From contig CAWEGI010000018.1 of the NCBI GenBank assembly GCA_963808815.1, forward strand, positions 4,664-68,663: 64,000 nucleotides of DNA, given 5' to 3'. This DNA is from an uncultured Actinomycetes bacterium (GTDB lineage: Bacteria; Actinomycetota; Thermoleophilia; Gaiellales; Gaiellaceae). Shown piece after piece: positions 30,265-40,656 of this stretch. Below the pieces are notes generated by a model that saw only the letters and a program-made list of their open reading frames with translations, made no database searches and had not been told where the DNA came from. Made by a program: the position numbers and the translations under genes. How positions within the stretch are numbered: the first letter of the stretch is position 1; each line of letters opens with the position of its first letter.

Positions 30265-31445
30265 TCGATCACCAACGTCTCGTCGCCGACCTCGACCTCG
30301 CTCCCCTTGCGCGCGCCCGCGGCGCGAAGCGCCGCCTCGAGCTCCTCGGACGAGGGCGGACGCCCCTGGACGCGAAAGCCGCGATCGGTGCGCAGGATCC
30401 TGAATGTCGGCGCGCGCGGTTGCGGCCGGTAGACGAGGAAGTCGGCGAGCGCCTCAGGGTCCACCTCGGGCGCGGGCTCCGGCGGGCAGAGCTCGAACAG
30501 CTTGCGCCTGAAGTCGTCGATGCCGGCCCCGGTCGCGGCGGACACGGCGAAGACAGCCACGATCCGCTCGTCCTGCACGCAGAGCTCCGGCGCCTCCGGG
30601 AGCAGATCGACCTTGTTGAGCACGACCACCTGCCGCTGCTGGTCGAGGCCGGCGCCGTACTCGGCGAGCTCGTGGTCGATCTGACGGAACTGCTCCGCAG
30701 GATCGCCGGCAGCCGCGTCGATCACGTGGACGAGCAGCCGGGCCCGCTCGAGGTGGGCCAGGAACTCGTGCCCGAGGCCGACTCCGTGGCTCGCTCCCTC
30801 GATCAGGCCGGGCACGTCGGCGACGGTCAGCTGCCGGCCGTCCGGCGAGTCGACCGTGCCGAGCACAGGCTGAAGGGTGGTGAAGGGATAGTCCGCCACC
30901 TTCGGCTTCGCATTCGAGATCCGCCGCAACAGCGAGGACTTTCCGGCGTTCGGCAGGCCGACGAGCGCGGCGTCGGCGACGAGCTTCAGGCGCAGATCTA
31001 GCTCGGCGATCTCGCCCGGGAGGCCCGTCTCCGCAAAGCGCGGGGTCTGGCGCACCGCGGTCGCGAACGCCCGGTTGCCCCTTCCGCCCGAGCCGCCCCG
31101 AGCCACGACGACGCGTGCGCCCGGCGCGACCAGGTCGGCGACCAGGCCGTCGTCCTCAAGCACCTGGGTTCCGACCGGCAAGCGGATCTCGACATCCACA
31201 CCGTCGGCTCCGTGCTTGCCGCTCCCCCTGCCCGGCTCCCCCCGCGCCGCCTGGAACACGCGCTTCGAGCGAAGCGCCGAGAGGTCGCGGAAGCCGGCGT
31301 CGGCGACAAGCACGACGTCGCCGCCGCGGCCCCCGTCGCCGCCGTCCGGCCCTCCTTTGGGAACGAACTTCTCCCGCCGGAAGCTCAGCCCGCCGTCTCC
31401 GCCCCGCCCCGCCTGGATCTGGATCCGCGCCCGATCGTGGAACAT
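30261..31445 (-). CDS. obg: GTPase Obg
   Basis: MFHDRARIQIQAGRGGDGGLSFRREKFVPKGGPDGGDGGRGG, G1 GLPNAGKSSLL, G3 DVPGLIEGA. Confidence 0.9.
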   Translation of the reverse strand: MFHDRARIQIQAGRGGDGGLSFRREKFVPKGGPDGGDGGRGGDVVLVADAGFRDLSALRSKRVFQAARGEPGRGSGKHGADGVDVEIRLPVGTQVLEDDGLVADLVAPGARVVVARGGSGGRGNRAFATAVRQTPRFAETGLPGEIAELDLRLKLVADAALVGLPNAGKSSLLRRISNAKPKVADYPFTTLQPVLGTVDSPDGRQLTVADVPGLIEGASHGVGLGHEFLAHLERARLLVHVIDAAAGDPAEQFRQIDHELAEYGAGLDQQRQVVVLNKVDLLPEAPELCVQDERIVAVFAVSAATGAGIDDFRRKLFELCPPEPAPEVDPEALADFLVYRPQPRAPTFRILRTDRGFRVQGRPPSSEELEAALRAAGARKGSEVEVGDETLVID

Positions 31446-31517
31446 CTCAGCCCCGAACAGTACGAGCAGCGATCACCCAGACGACGAGCCCGATCGAGCG
31501 ATCGAGGTCGCGCAGGA

Positions 31518-31769
31518 CTAGTCGCCGACGACCGAGATAGTGCGGCGCTCGCCGCTCGCCCGGAACTCGATCGTGCCGTCCTGCGTGGCGAAGATCGTGT
31601 CGTCGCGGCCGATCCCGGTGCCCGGCCCCGGCCGGAAGCGGGTCCCGCGCTGGCGGACGATGATCATCCCGGCCTTCACGTCCTGGCCGGCGAACATCTT
31701 CACACCGAGCATCTTCGGCTTCGAGTCACGTCCGTTGCGCGACGAACCGAGTCCCTTCTTGTGTGCCAT
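31518..31769 (-). CDS. rpmA: 50S ribosomal protein L27
   Basis: [16 protein letters not shown]...IIVRQRGT. Confidence 0.95.
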   Translation of the reverse strand: MAHKKGLGSSRNGRDSKPKMLGVKMFAGQDVKAGMIIVRQRGTRFRPGPGTGIGRDDTIFATQDGTIEFRASGERRTISVVGD

Positions 31770-31772
31770 GTC

Positions 31773-32207
31773 CTATTCCGCCTTCTTGGTCGGCTTCGGC
31801 TTCGCGGCGCTCGCTGCCCTCGTGCTGGCGGCCGCCTTCGGCTTGGGCGTCTCGCCGCTCGCCTCCGTCTTCGTCTCCGTCTTCGCCGTCGAGCTCCGGG
31901 TCGCCTTCTTGCCGATCGTCTGGATCTCTACCCGGGACAGGTGGGCGCGGAAGCCGTTCCGTCGCCGGTAGCCCGTCCGCCGGCGGTGCTTGCCGATGAC
32001 GATCTTCTTGCCGAGCTCGTGGCCGACGACCTTGGCCGTGACCTGGATGCCCTTCGGGGACAGCTCGGCCTTGCCGTCGCCCCCGACGAGAAGCACCTCC
32101 GGGTGGAAGGTCTTGCTCTCTTCCACGGCAAGCCGGTCCACGACGAGCTGCTCGCCCTCCTGGACGCGGTACTGCTTCCCGCCGAGCTTGACGATCGCGT
32201 ACGTCAT
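31773..32207 (-). CDS. rplU: 50S ribosomal protein L21 with a Lys/Ala-rich C-terminal extension
   Basis: MTYAIVKLGGKQYRVQEGE... Confidence 0.9.
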   Translation of the reverse strand: MTYAIVKLGGKQYRVQEGEQLVVDRLAVEESKTFHPEVLLVGGDGKAELSPKGIQVTAKVVGHELGKKIVIGKHRRRTGYRRRNGFRAHLSRVEIQTIGKKATRSSTAKTETKTEASGETPKPKAAASTRAASAAKPKPTKKAE

Positions 32208-32249
32208 AAGAATCGGCGCGGGGTCGCGCCGGACGTGCATTGTAGCCAG

Positions 32250-32906
32250 ATGCCGACCCGGGCCGTCGTCTTCGATCTCTACGGAACGCTGATCGACGAC
32301 GCGCCCCCGAGCGACTACGCGCGCTTCCTCGCGGAGACCGCGCGGGTGATCGGCGCGGACCCGGAACGCTTCCGCGTCGCCTGGGAGGCGAACGACGTCG
32401 CGCGATACACCGGGCCGATCGAGTCGTGCTTCGAATCGGTCTGCGCCGACCTCGGCGTACTCGACTTCCATGCGGCGCTCGAACTGCGGCTCGAACGGAT
32501 GCGCGCGCTGCTCGTGCCGCGCACCGACGCGGTGGAGACACTGCAGACGCTCCGGGAGCGCGGACTGCGGCTCGGGATGATCTCGAACGCGAGCAGCGAA
32601 CTGTCCGGCCTCTGGGCCGAGAGCGCTCTGGCGCCGCTGTTCGACGCGGCTCTCTTCTCGGCCGACGAGGGGATGATGAAACCCGATCTGAGGCTCTACG
32701 AGCGGATGGCGGGGCTACTCGGCGTGGACCCGGCGGCGTGCGTCTTCGTCGGCGATGGCGCTTACCGCGAGCTCCAGGGCGCCGAGGCGGCCGGCATGAC
32801 CGCCGTTCTGATCCGTGTGCCGCATGACGAGTGGGAGCACGAAGGAACGATCGGCTGGCGGGGGCCGCGCATTGCAGCACTCTCCGAGGTCCTAGGTCTG
32901 ATCTGA
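32250..32906 (+). CDS. HAD-superfamily (subfamily IA) hydrolase
   Basis: Motif I VVFDLYGTL, motif II ISNAS, motif IV VGDGAYRELQGA. Confidence 0.8.
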   Translation: MPTRAVVFDLYGTLIDDAPPSDYARFLAETARVIGADPERFRVAWEANDVARYTGPIESCFESVCADLGVLDFHAALELRLERMRALLVPRTDAVETLQTLRERGLRLGMISNASSELSGLWAESALAPLFDAALFSADEGMMKPDLRLYERMAGLLGVDPAACVFVGDGAYRELQGAEAAGMTAVLIRVPHDEWEHEGTIGWRGPRIAALSEVLGLI

Positions 32907-35665
32907 GCCGGCCTCGGGCGAACCGGCCTCGGTGCTGGCCGCGGTGGTCTCGCCCGATGTCGCCCCGGCGGGCTTGCGGCGGCGTCTTCCTCCCCGGGAC
33001 CCGCGGCGCGTCTTTTTCTTCGGGGCGGCGGGCTCGTCTCCGTTGGCAGCGGCGGTCTCCTCGTCGGCCTCGGCGCTCGGCACATGGATCGTCGGTGTCG
33101 GCAGCTCCGCCGGCGGTGTCTCCGGCTGCCCGTTGGTCTCGGGCGCAACGGCGCCGGGCTTCTTCCGCGCTCGTCCGCCGCGGGAGCCGCGCCGGGTCTT
33201 CTTCTTCGGAGGCTGATCGCCGGAACCATCGCCGAGCGGCGCCGTCGCCCCAGGCTCAGCCTCGAGCACGGTCTCCTCAGAATCGATCGCGCCCTGCGCA
33301 CCGTCGACCGCTACGACCGGCTTCTTCCTGCGATTCCTGCCACCACGAGACCCCCGGCGGGACTTCTTCTTGGGCGCCGCCTCGGTCGGCACGCCGGCCT
33401 CCGAGGGCTCGCCCGTTTCGTCGGCCACCGGCTCGAGTTCGGGCTCGAGCTCGCTTCGGCTTCGGACTCTGCTTCCGACTCGGGCCCCGCTTCGGGCTCG
33501 ATCACAGGCGCTTCCGGCTTTCTCGCCCGAGAGGCGCGCGTCGGCTTCTCGGCCTGGGCCTCCGCCGTGATCGGCACGGATGCGGCCGCCTCGGCCTCGA
33601 CGCCGGCAAGCGTCGCGTACGCGACTCCGTCGAGCACGCGCTCGACGTGCGCGGAGACCTTCTTGCCGACGAGCCTGGCCGCTCCGCCGACGGCGACGGA
33701 CATCCCGTCGACCTTCCCGACCGCAGAGCCGGCATCGTGCCGTCCCACCTCGAGGAGCTTCAGCTCGACCGTCTGTCCTTCGGCCAGAGGCGGGTCGACC
33801 GGCGCCAGCTTCTCGACCGTGCCCTCCTCGAGCACCGCGAAATGCTCGTGCGGAACGCTGCTCCTCCCGATCACGAACAGGCGGCGCCTCGTGGAGGCCT
33901 CGATTTCCCGCAAGCGGGCGGCTCCGGGCCCGATCAGCAGCTCCGCCACGTGCGCGTTCAGCTCCACCTTGAACGCCCTCGTGCGTGGCTTCGCGGCGAC
34001 CAGCGCACGCAGCCTCCGCTCCGCGTCGACGACGGCGGTCGCCTCGGAGACGACCACGCCCTCGCCGGCACACGTCGGGCATTTGCGGGTCAGGATCTCG
34101 CGCGGGCCGTCCGTGACGTTCTGACGCGTCATCTCCACGAGGCCGAGCGGGGAGATCTCGACGACGTAGGTCTTGGTCCGGTCTCGTTCGAGCTCCAGCT
34201 GGAGCGCGTGCTCGACCGCCTCCCGGTTCTTCGGGTTGGCCATGTCGATGAAGTCGATGACGATGATCCCGCCGATGTCGCGCAGCCGCAGCTGCCGGAC
34301 GACTTCCTTCACGGCTTCGAGGTTGTTCTTCGTGACGGTGTCCTCGAGCCGTGCGCCGGACGACTTCGAGCGTGAGCCGACGAACCGTCCGGTGTTGACG
34401 TCGATGACCGTGAACGCCTCGGCGTAGTCGAAGATCAGATAGCCGCCGGACGGCAGGTCGACGCGCCTGGAGAGCGTCGAGCGGATCTCCGCCTCGACGC
34501 CGAAGGCCTCGAACAGCGGCACCTTGTCGCGGTAGCGCGAGACCCGCTCGGCCATGTGTGGCGAGGTCTTCTTCAGGTAGCCCTGGATGCGCTTGAGCGT
34601 GCGGTCGTCGTCGACCATGGCCCGCTCGAAGTCGCCGGTGAACAGGTCTCGAGTGACGCGCAGTGGCAGCTCGGCCTCCTCGAACACGAGGCTCGGCGGC
34701 TGCGATTCATTCGCGTGCGTCTGGATCTGCTTCCAGAGCTTCATCAGGAACTCGAGGTCGAGCCGGACGTCTTCCGCCGAGGCGCCCTCCGCCGCCGTGC
34801 GGACGATCACGCCGCCCTGCTTGGGAGCGATCTCCTTGACGATGTCGCGCAGGCGGTTGCGCTCGTCCTCTTCGAGCCGGCGCGAGACCCCGAGGCCCTC
34901 GCCGTGCGGAACGAAGACGACGAAGCGGCCCGGGAGCGAGATCTCGGTCGTCAGCCGCGCCCCCTTCGTCTTCATCGGGTCCTTGACGGCCTGCACGAGC
35001 ACCTGCTCACCGCGACTGATCAGGTCGGTGATCCGTCGGCCGCGCGGCCGTCGGCCCTCGAGCTCTGGGCCGACGATCTCGTCGACGAACAGGAAGCCGT
35101 TCTTCTCCAGTCCGATCTCGACGAACGCCGCCTCCATCCCCGGGAGGACGTTGTCCACCACGCCCTTGTAGATGTTCCCGGCGATCGACCGTCGCTCGGG
35201 CCGCTCGAGGTAGACCTCGGCGACGCGGCCGTCCTCCAGCACGGCGACCCGCTTCTCGGTGACGTCGACCGAGACGAGCAGCTCGCGCTTCGCGGCCGGG
35301 AGCGGCGCGCGCCGCGACACCTGGCGGCGGCGGCTCGGCGAGCTTCGCCGCCGGTCCGCGGCAGCCTTGCCGTCCTTCGGGGCCCTCTCTGCCTTCGCGG
35401 GAGCCGGAGCCCGCTGCTCCCGCTCCGGCGCCTCCGCGGTCGCCGTCGCGTTCGTCGGCTTGCGACGATTCCTGCCGCCGCGACTGCCGCGACGGCGATT
35501 GGACTTGGCGGCCTGTTCGCCCGGCTCGGGCTCGGCCGTGAGGGTCGGGCTGCTAGGTGCTTCCTTCTCGCCGAGCGGCTGCTCCTCGGGCGCCAACTCG
35601 GTGAACGGCGTCGCGATCGTCGCCGCGGACTGACGCTGCTTCCTGCGAAACCATGGCAGGGGCAA
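32892..35665 (-). CDS. rne: ribonuclease E/G family endoribonuclease; the C-terminal tail is out of frame from about 33450
   Basis: An S1 domain and catalytic core (IAGNIYKGVVDNVLPGMEAAFVEIG, GGIIVIDFIDM, CPTCAGEG). The tail ...ESEAESEAEA continues in the frame of ORF 32892..34082 as ELEPELEPVADE... with three KKK(S/T)RRGSRGGR repeats. Confidence 0.85.
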
Positions 35666-35814
35666 ATGAAATCTCCTTCTCGTGTGCGCGCAACGGCGAC
35701 GACCCGCGCGAGCGGGCGTCGGTGCGCAGCTGGTTGATGTCGTAAGAGCTCGGCATGAATGCCTCGCCCGTCAGGGTATCAGGCGCCTCGGGCATGCCCC
35801 GAGCGCGGTTCGAC

Positions 35815-36009
35815 CTACGCGGCGGCGGGCCGGAGCTTTGCCCGACGTGTGCGGATGGCACGAAGCCGCTGGTTCAGGCGGGCCCAGGCCCATGGCTCGA
35901 CCTCGCGGTAGCGCGTCTCCGATTGGTTGCGCGTCGCCTCGAGGTACTCGAACCAGGCGTCGGCCTCCTCGATCATGAGCAGCTCCTCCGCCTCGCGCTT
36001 GTCGACCAT
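35815..36009 (-). CDS. small hypothetical protein (64 aa)
   Basis: Coding-like composition upstream of rne. No motif was recognised. Confidence 0.35.
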   Translation of the reverse strand: MVDKREAEELLMIEEADAWFEYLEATRNQSETRYREVEPWAWARLNQRLRAIRTRRAKLRPAAA

Positions 36010-36066
36010 CTGCGCTCCCTCCGGTCGCTGACGGCCGCGATGCTAGGGAGCCAGTCGGACGGACCG

Positions 36067-36900
36067 CTACGGAAAGCGCACGCGCTCGCCCGCGACCCTG
36101 GTCACGGGCGCCCGCCGTTCGAAGTGGCGCACGGCGGCCTCGCCGAGAGCGCGCGTGGCCGCGTAGGCGACCGCGCCCTTCACCACCCAGCCCACGAAGG
36201 GGACATACGCAATCGCCTTCCTGGCCAGCGCGCGGAAGCCGAAACCGGATGCGATCACCGCGAGCACCTCGGGAAGCCGCTCGCGGTCGATCTCGAAGCC
36301 GTGGGCGTCGGCGATCCGAAGCACGAGCCGGACCTGGTTGGCGGTCAGGATCGGCAGGTCGGCGCCCGGCACGAAGACCACGACCCCCAGGAAGGCGTTC
36401 TGGCGCGAGAACTTCCGGATCAACTCCTCGCACACGGCCTCGCGCAGAGCGGGGAGGCGGGCGGCCAGAGGGGTCGCCTCCTCGCCGAGGGCGCGTGCGA
36501 GCCGCCTGGCAATCTCGTCGACCGGGAAGCCGGCCCCTGCGCGGACGCGCACGAGGTTCTCGTCGAGGACATAGGGGACGTGCGTCGGCGCGTCCGCCGT
36601 CGCAGGGACCACCGCGACCACCGGCAGACCCGCCCGCGTCGCGTCGTGGAGCAGGCGCTCGTCCTCGTCGGTCTGAGCGCCGGCGAGCACGAGCACCAGT
36701 GCCGCCGCACCCTTCACCGGTCCCTGCTCGCGCACCGCAGCTGCGACGCCGCCGCGGGTGAGCTCCTCCACCAGGAGGGAAACGAGTGCGTCGGGCCCGG
36801 ACACGACGAGGGGCTTGTTTTCGCGAGCGGACGAGCGAAGGCCCTGGACCAGCGGCATCAGCGATGCCGCCGACGACAGCCCCGACCGCTTCTTCCTCAC
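36067..36900 (-). CDS. hypothetical protein downstream of rodA (possible DUF697-like C-terminus)
   Basis: The GTG at 36900 overlaps the rodA TGA (GTGA). A C-terminal amphipathic/hydrophobic region is present (VIASGFGFRALARKAIAYVPFVGWVVKGAVAYA). Confidence 0.5.
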   Translation of the reverse strand: MRKKRSGLSSAASLMPLVQGLRSSARENKPLVVSGPDALVSLLVEELTRGGVAAAVREQGPVKGAAALVLVLAGAQTDEDERLLHDATRAGLPVVAVVPATADAPTHVPYVLDENLVRVRAGAGFPVDEIARRLARALGEEATPLAARLPALREAVCEELIRKFSRQNAFLGVVVFVPGADLPILTANQVRLVLRIADAHGFEIDRERLPEVLAVIASGFGFRALARKAIAYVPFVGWVVKGAVAYAATRALGEAAVRHFERRAPVTRVAGERVRFP

Positions 36901-38099
36901 CAGCGCGCGATCCGGGTGCGTCCGCGCCCACGGGCATGGATCGCCTGGAGCACGCCGATCGCGAGCAGGTTCGCGATCATCGACGAGCCGCCGACACTGA
37001 CCAACGGCAACGGGATGCCCGTCACCGGCGCGATCCCGATCGTCATCCCGACGTTGACGAAGATCTGGAAGAGCAACGCGAAGACGATCCCGCCGGCGAC
37101 GATCGCCGAGTACGGATCCCTGGCGGACGCCACCACCCTCAGGCCGCGCCAGACGACGAGCAGGTAGAGCATCAGCAGGAACCCCGCGCCGAAGAAGCCG
37201 CGCTGCTCGGCGAGAGACGCGAACACGAAGTCGGTCGCGTGCTCGGGAAGGAAGTCGAGGCTGGTCTGCGTGGCGCCGGCGACGCCTCGGCCGGTCGGGC
37301 CGCCGGAGCCGACCGCGGTGATCGACTGCGTCACGTTGTAGGTCGAGCCGCGCGGGTCCTGGTCGGGATGGAAGAACCCGGTCAGACGGCTCGTCTGGTA
37401 GCCCTTCAGCACCGGCATGCCGGCCGACGGCAGCCACCAGAGGACGCTGAGCGCGAGCACGACCGCGACGATCGCGAAGACGGCGAGGTGCAACCAGCGC
37501 ACGCCGGCGATCAGCAGCACGCCGACGAGCGCGGCGGCGTACACGAGCGCGGAGCCGATGTCGGGCTGGACGAACACGAGCAGCATCGGCGGCAGCGCCA
37601 GGGCGACCGCGGTCAGCGACGTCCGCCACTCCCCCGTCCGCCGGAACCGGTCGGCGAGGAAGCCGGCGAGCGCGAGGACGACCAGCAGCTTCCCGAACTC
37701 GGACGGCTGGAAGCGGAAGAAGCCGAGGTCGATCCAGCGCTTCGACCCGCGGGCGACCGTCCCGGCGAGGAACACGAACACGAACAGGAGGAGCGTCCCG
37801 ACGTAGATCTGCTTCTCGAACCGGTGGTAGATCTCGGGGTCGATCAGCACCACGACGACGAGGCCGACCAGCCCGATGGCGACGAACACGAGCTGGCGGT
37901 AGACGTAGTAGTCGGGGCTGCCGACCACGTCGTGGCGCGTGATGCCGGCGATGCTCCAGAGCCCGAAGCCGACGATGGCGAGGACCGTGCCGAGCATCAG
38001 CCAGTCGAGCCGGGCGAGGAGCGACGCCTCCTGGGTGAGTTCGCGGCGGCGCGCCCTGGCGCGAGACCGCTCGGTGGGGGTGTAGACGAGGTCGGCCAC
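36897..38099 (-). CDS. rodA: rod-shape-determining SEDS protein RodA
   Basis: A polytopic FtsW/RodA/SpoVE-type sequence (GSKRWIDLGFFRFQPSEFGKL, GGSSMIANLLAIGVL). GTG start at 38099. Confidence 0.85.
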   Translation of the reverse strand: MADLVYTPTERSRARARRRELTQEASLLARLDWLMLGTVLAIVGFGLWSIAGITRHDVVGSPDYYVYRQLVFVAIGLVGLVVVVLIDPEIYHRFEKQIYVGTLLLFVFVFLAGTVARGSKRWIDLGFFRFQPSEFGKLLVVLALAGFLADRFRRTGEWRTSLTAVALALPPMLLVFVQPDIGSALVYAAALVGVLLIAGVRWLHLAVFAIVAVVLALSVLWWLPSAGMPVLKGYQTSRLTGFFHPDQDPRGSTYNVTQSITAVGSGGPTGRGVAGATQTSLDFLPEHATDFVFASLAEQRGFFGAGFLLMLYLLVVWRGLRVVASARDPYSAIVAGGIVFALLFQIFVNVGMTIGIAPVTGIPLPLVSVGGSSMIANLLAIGVLQAIHARGRGRTRIARW

Positions 38100-38101
38100 G
38101 G

Positions 38102-40148
38102 CTAGTCGGAGTGGATCGGCCCGAGGCCGCCGGTCGTCTTGGTGTGGAAGAAATGCTCGAAGATCTTCAGCGCCGCCGGCGCGGCCGCCGTGCCGCCGTG
38201 GCCGCCGTTCTCGATCACGGCGCAGACGGCGATCTTCGGCGTCTCGGTCGCATCGGCCGGCCCGTAGCCGCACCACCAGGACTGATCCTGGAGCAGCGGC
38301 CGCGCGTAGCCGGGCGGCTGAACGACCTTCTCGGCCGTGCCCGTCTTACCCGCGATCGGGATCGGGAAGTTGCCGAACACCGCCGTGGCGGTGCCGTAGG
38401 ACGCGTGCGTCGCGCGATAGAGGCCGTCGCGCACGACCGCGAGCGCGGCCGGGTCGACATTGCTCGACTTGGGCGCGGGCGGGTTGAGGTAGTGGCGGCC
38501 GCTGCCGGGCTCGTCGACCGCATAGAGCACGTGCGGGGTGACGAGCTTGCCGCCGTTCGCGATCAGGGAGTAGAAGCGCACCATCTGGAGCGGCGTGACC
38601 AGCAGGTCCTTCTGCCCGATCGCGAGCTGGATCGAGTCGCCGGGCTTCCACAGCCGGTCGATCTGCCAGTGGCCGGGGTCGGTCTTCGCCGTGTACGTCG
38701 CCTGGCGCCACTCCGGCGTCGGCAGGAGCCCGGACTGCTCGGGCCCGACGTCGATCCCGGTCGGTCGCGCCGAACCCGAACCGGCTCGCCCATCCCTGGA
38801 GCGGGTGGCCGCGGTCGGGCGGCAGCGCGTAGAAGGCGTAGCCGAGGTTGTAGAAGTACGTGTCGCAGGAAGCGCCGATCGCCTGGGGCAGCGTCATCGG
38901 CTGGTTCACGTACGGGTCCCAGTTCTTGAAGACCTGGCCGTGCACCTCGAAGCTGGGCGTGCACGGGATCGTCTGGAACGGGGAGATCAGCCGCTCCTGC
39001 ATCGCCGCCAGGGCGGTCACGGGCTTGAAGGTCGAGCCCGGGCGGATACAGGCCCTCGGTCACGCGGTTCAGGCCGGGGTAGTTGTCCGCTTTCGCCGTC
39101 TTCGGGTCGAGCAGCGGCGCGAGCTTCTTCTGGTTCGTCCGGCCGACGAAGATGCTCGGCTTGTAGGTCGGCGAGGAGGCCATCGCCAGGATCTCGCCGT
39201 TCGACGGGTTCATCGCCACGATCGCGCCGCCGTCGGCGAGCCAGTGGCCGTCCTGCGTGCGCGAGCCTGATGCCGTACTGGAGCGCCCGCTCCGCCGCCC
39301 GCTGGAGCGAGATGTCGATCGTCAGCCGGATCGGGAAGCCGGCCGTCGGCGCCCGCGTCACGACCGGCGTTGCCGACCTTGCCGCCGAGCGAGTCGACCC
39401 GCTGGAGCTTCTCGCCGGAGCGGCCGCGGAGGTACTTGTCGTCGCTCTGCTCCACTCCTGCCTGGCCGATCCTGTCGCCCGGGCAGGGAACGTTCGCCTC
39501 CTTCGCCCGGGTGGTCTGGCAGGTCTTGTAGTGCTTCTTGTAGAGGACGAGCTGGCCCGGAGAGATCTCCCCGACGTAGCCGAGCACGTGCGCGAGCAGC
39601 GCCTCGGTGTTGTACTTGCGCAGGTAGGTCGGGGTGATCTGGACACCTGGGAACTCACGGTTGCGCTCTGCGAGGTAGGCGACCTGGTCGGGATGGACCG
39701 CGACCTGCATCGTCACCGGAGTCAGCGGGTTCTTCATCCCCTGCTCGAGGCGTGCGAGCAGCTTGGGGAGCGGCACGTTGAGGACCATCGAAAGCCGCTT
39801 CATCTCCGCGTAGCGACCCTGCTTCGGCAGGTCGATCGGGACGACGTCGACCGCGGTCGAGGCTGCGTTCGTGACGAGCGTGCGGCCTTTCCGGTCGAGG
39901 ATCGGGCCGCGCTGCGCCTCGATCGGGAATGTGCGCAGCTGGTTGTTCCGCGCAGCGGCCTCGTACTTCGAGCCCGAGAGGACCTGCAGCGACCACAGCC
40001 GGAGCAGCAGCACGGCGAAGACGGCCAGCGCGATCGCGGCGAGGATCGCCACCCGCAGCGCCATGCGGGGCGTGAACAGGTAGGGCTCCTCGACCCGTGG
40101 ATCGGGCGGGAGGAAACGGTCGGCCCGGTTGCCGGTCGTGCTAGCCAA
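38102..40148 (-). pseudogene. mrdA: penicillin-binding protein 2 (elongasome transpeptidase), reading frame broken four times
   Basis: Sense runs through five ORF fragments: 39210..40169, 39017..39658, 38563..39219, 38346..39020 and 38102..38584. The breaks are near 39370, near 39262, at 39037-39039 (an extra G just before the STFK active-site motif encoded at 39024-39035) and near 38765. Confidence 0.75.
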
Positions 40149-40656
40149 CCGCGTGCACCACCCGTTCACGCCGGGCCGGAAGCGGCAGCAGGACCCGCGC
40201 CAGCGCGTAGACCGGCCACGTGAGGATCAGGTTGAGCGCCATCGCCTGGAAGAGCGTGCTCCAGAGCACCTCACGCGCCGGCGCCGGGTCGCCCAGCATG
40301 TAGTGGAAGGCGAGCGAGCCGAGCGCGTAGAGGAACGTGATCACGACCACGGATACGAAGGGCGCATGCGAACGGTCGCGCCCGTTGGTCTCGCCGTAGC
40401 GGCCGATCCAGTAACCGGCGACCGTCAGCAGGAGCGAGGTGACGCCGAGCGTGCCCAGGTTCGCCGTGTCCACGAGCAGGCCGCCCCAGAAGCCGACCCC
40501 GGCGCCCACGATCGGCCCGCGGAGCAGCGCCACGCAGATGATCGCTACCAGCAGCAGGTCGGGCGTCCCGTGCAGGACGATCACGTCGGAGAAGACCGAC
40601 ACCTGGAGGATCGCGGCGACGAACACGAACGCAGCCGCCTTCAGCCAGTCGATCAC
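40141..40656 (-). CDS. mreD: rod shape-determining protein MreD
   Basis: Only the last 171 aa of the 872-aa track ORF are coding-like (five hydrophobic helices). The GTG at 40656 overlaps the mreC TGA. Confidence 0.7.
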   Translation of the reverse strand: MIDWLKAAAFVFVAAILQVSVFSDVIVLHGTPDLLLVAIICVALLRGPIVGAGVGFWGGLLVDTANLGTLGVTSLLLTVAGYWIGRYGETNGRDRSHAPFVSVVVITFLYALGSLAFHYMLGDPAPAREVLWSTLFQAMALNLILTWPVYALARVLLPLPARRERVVHAVG

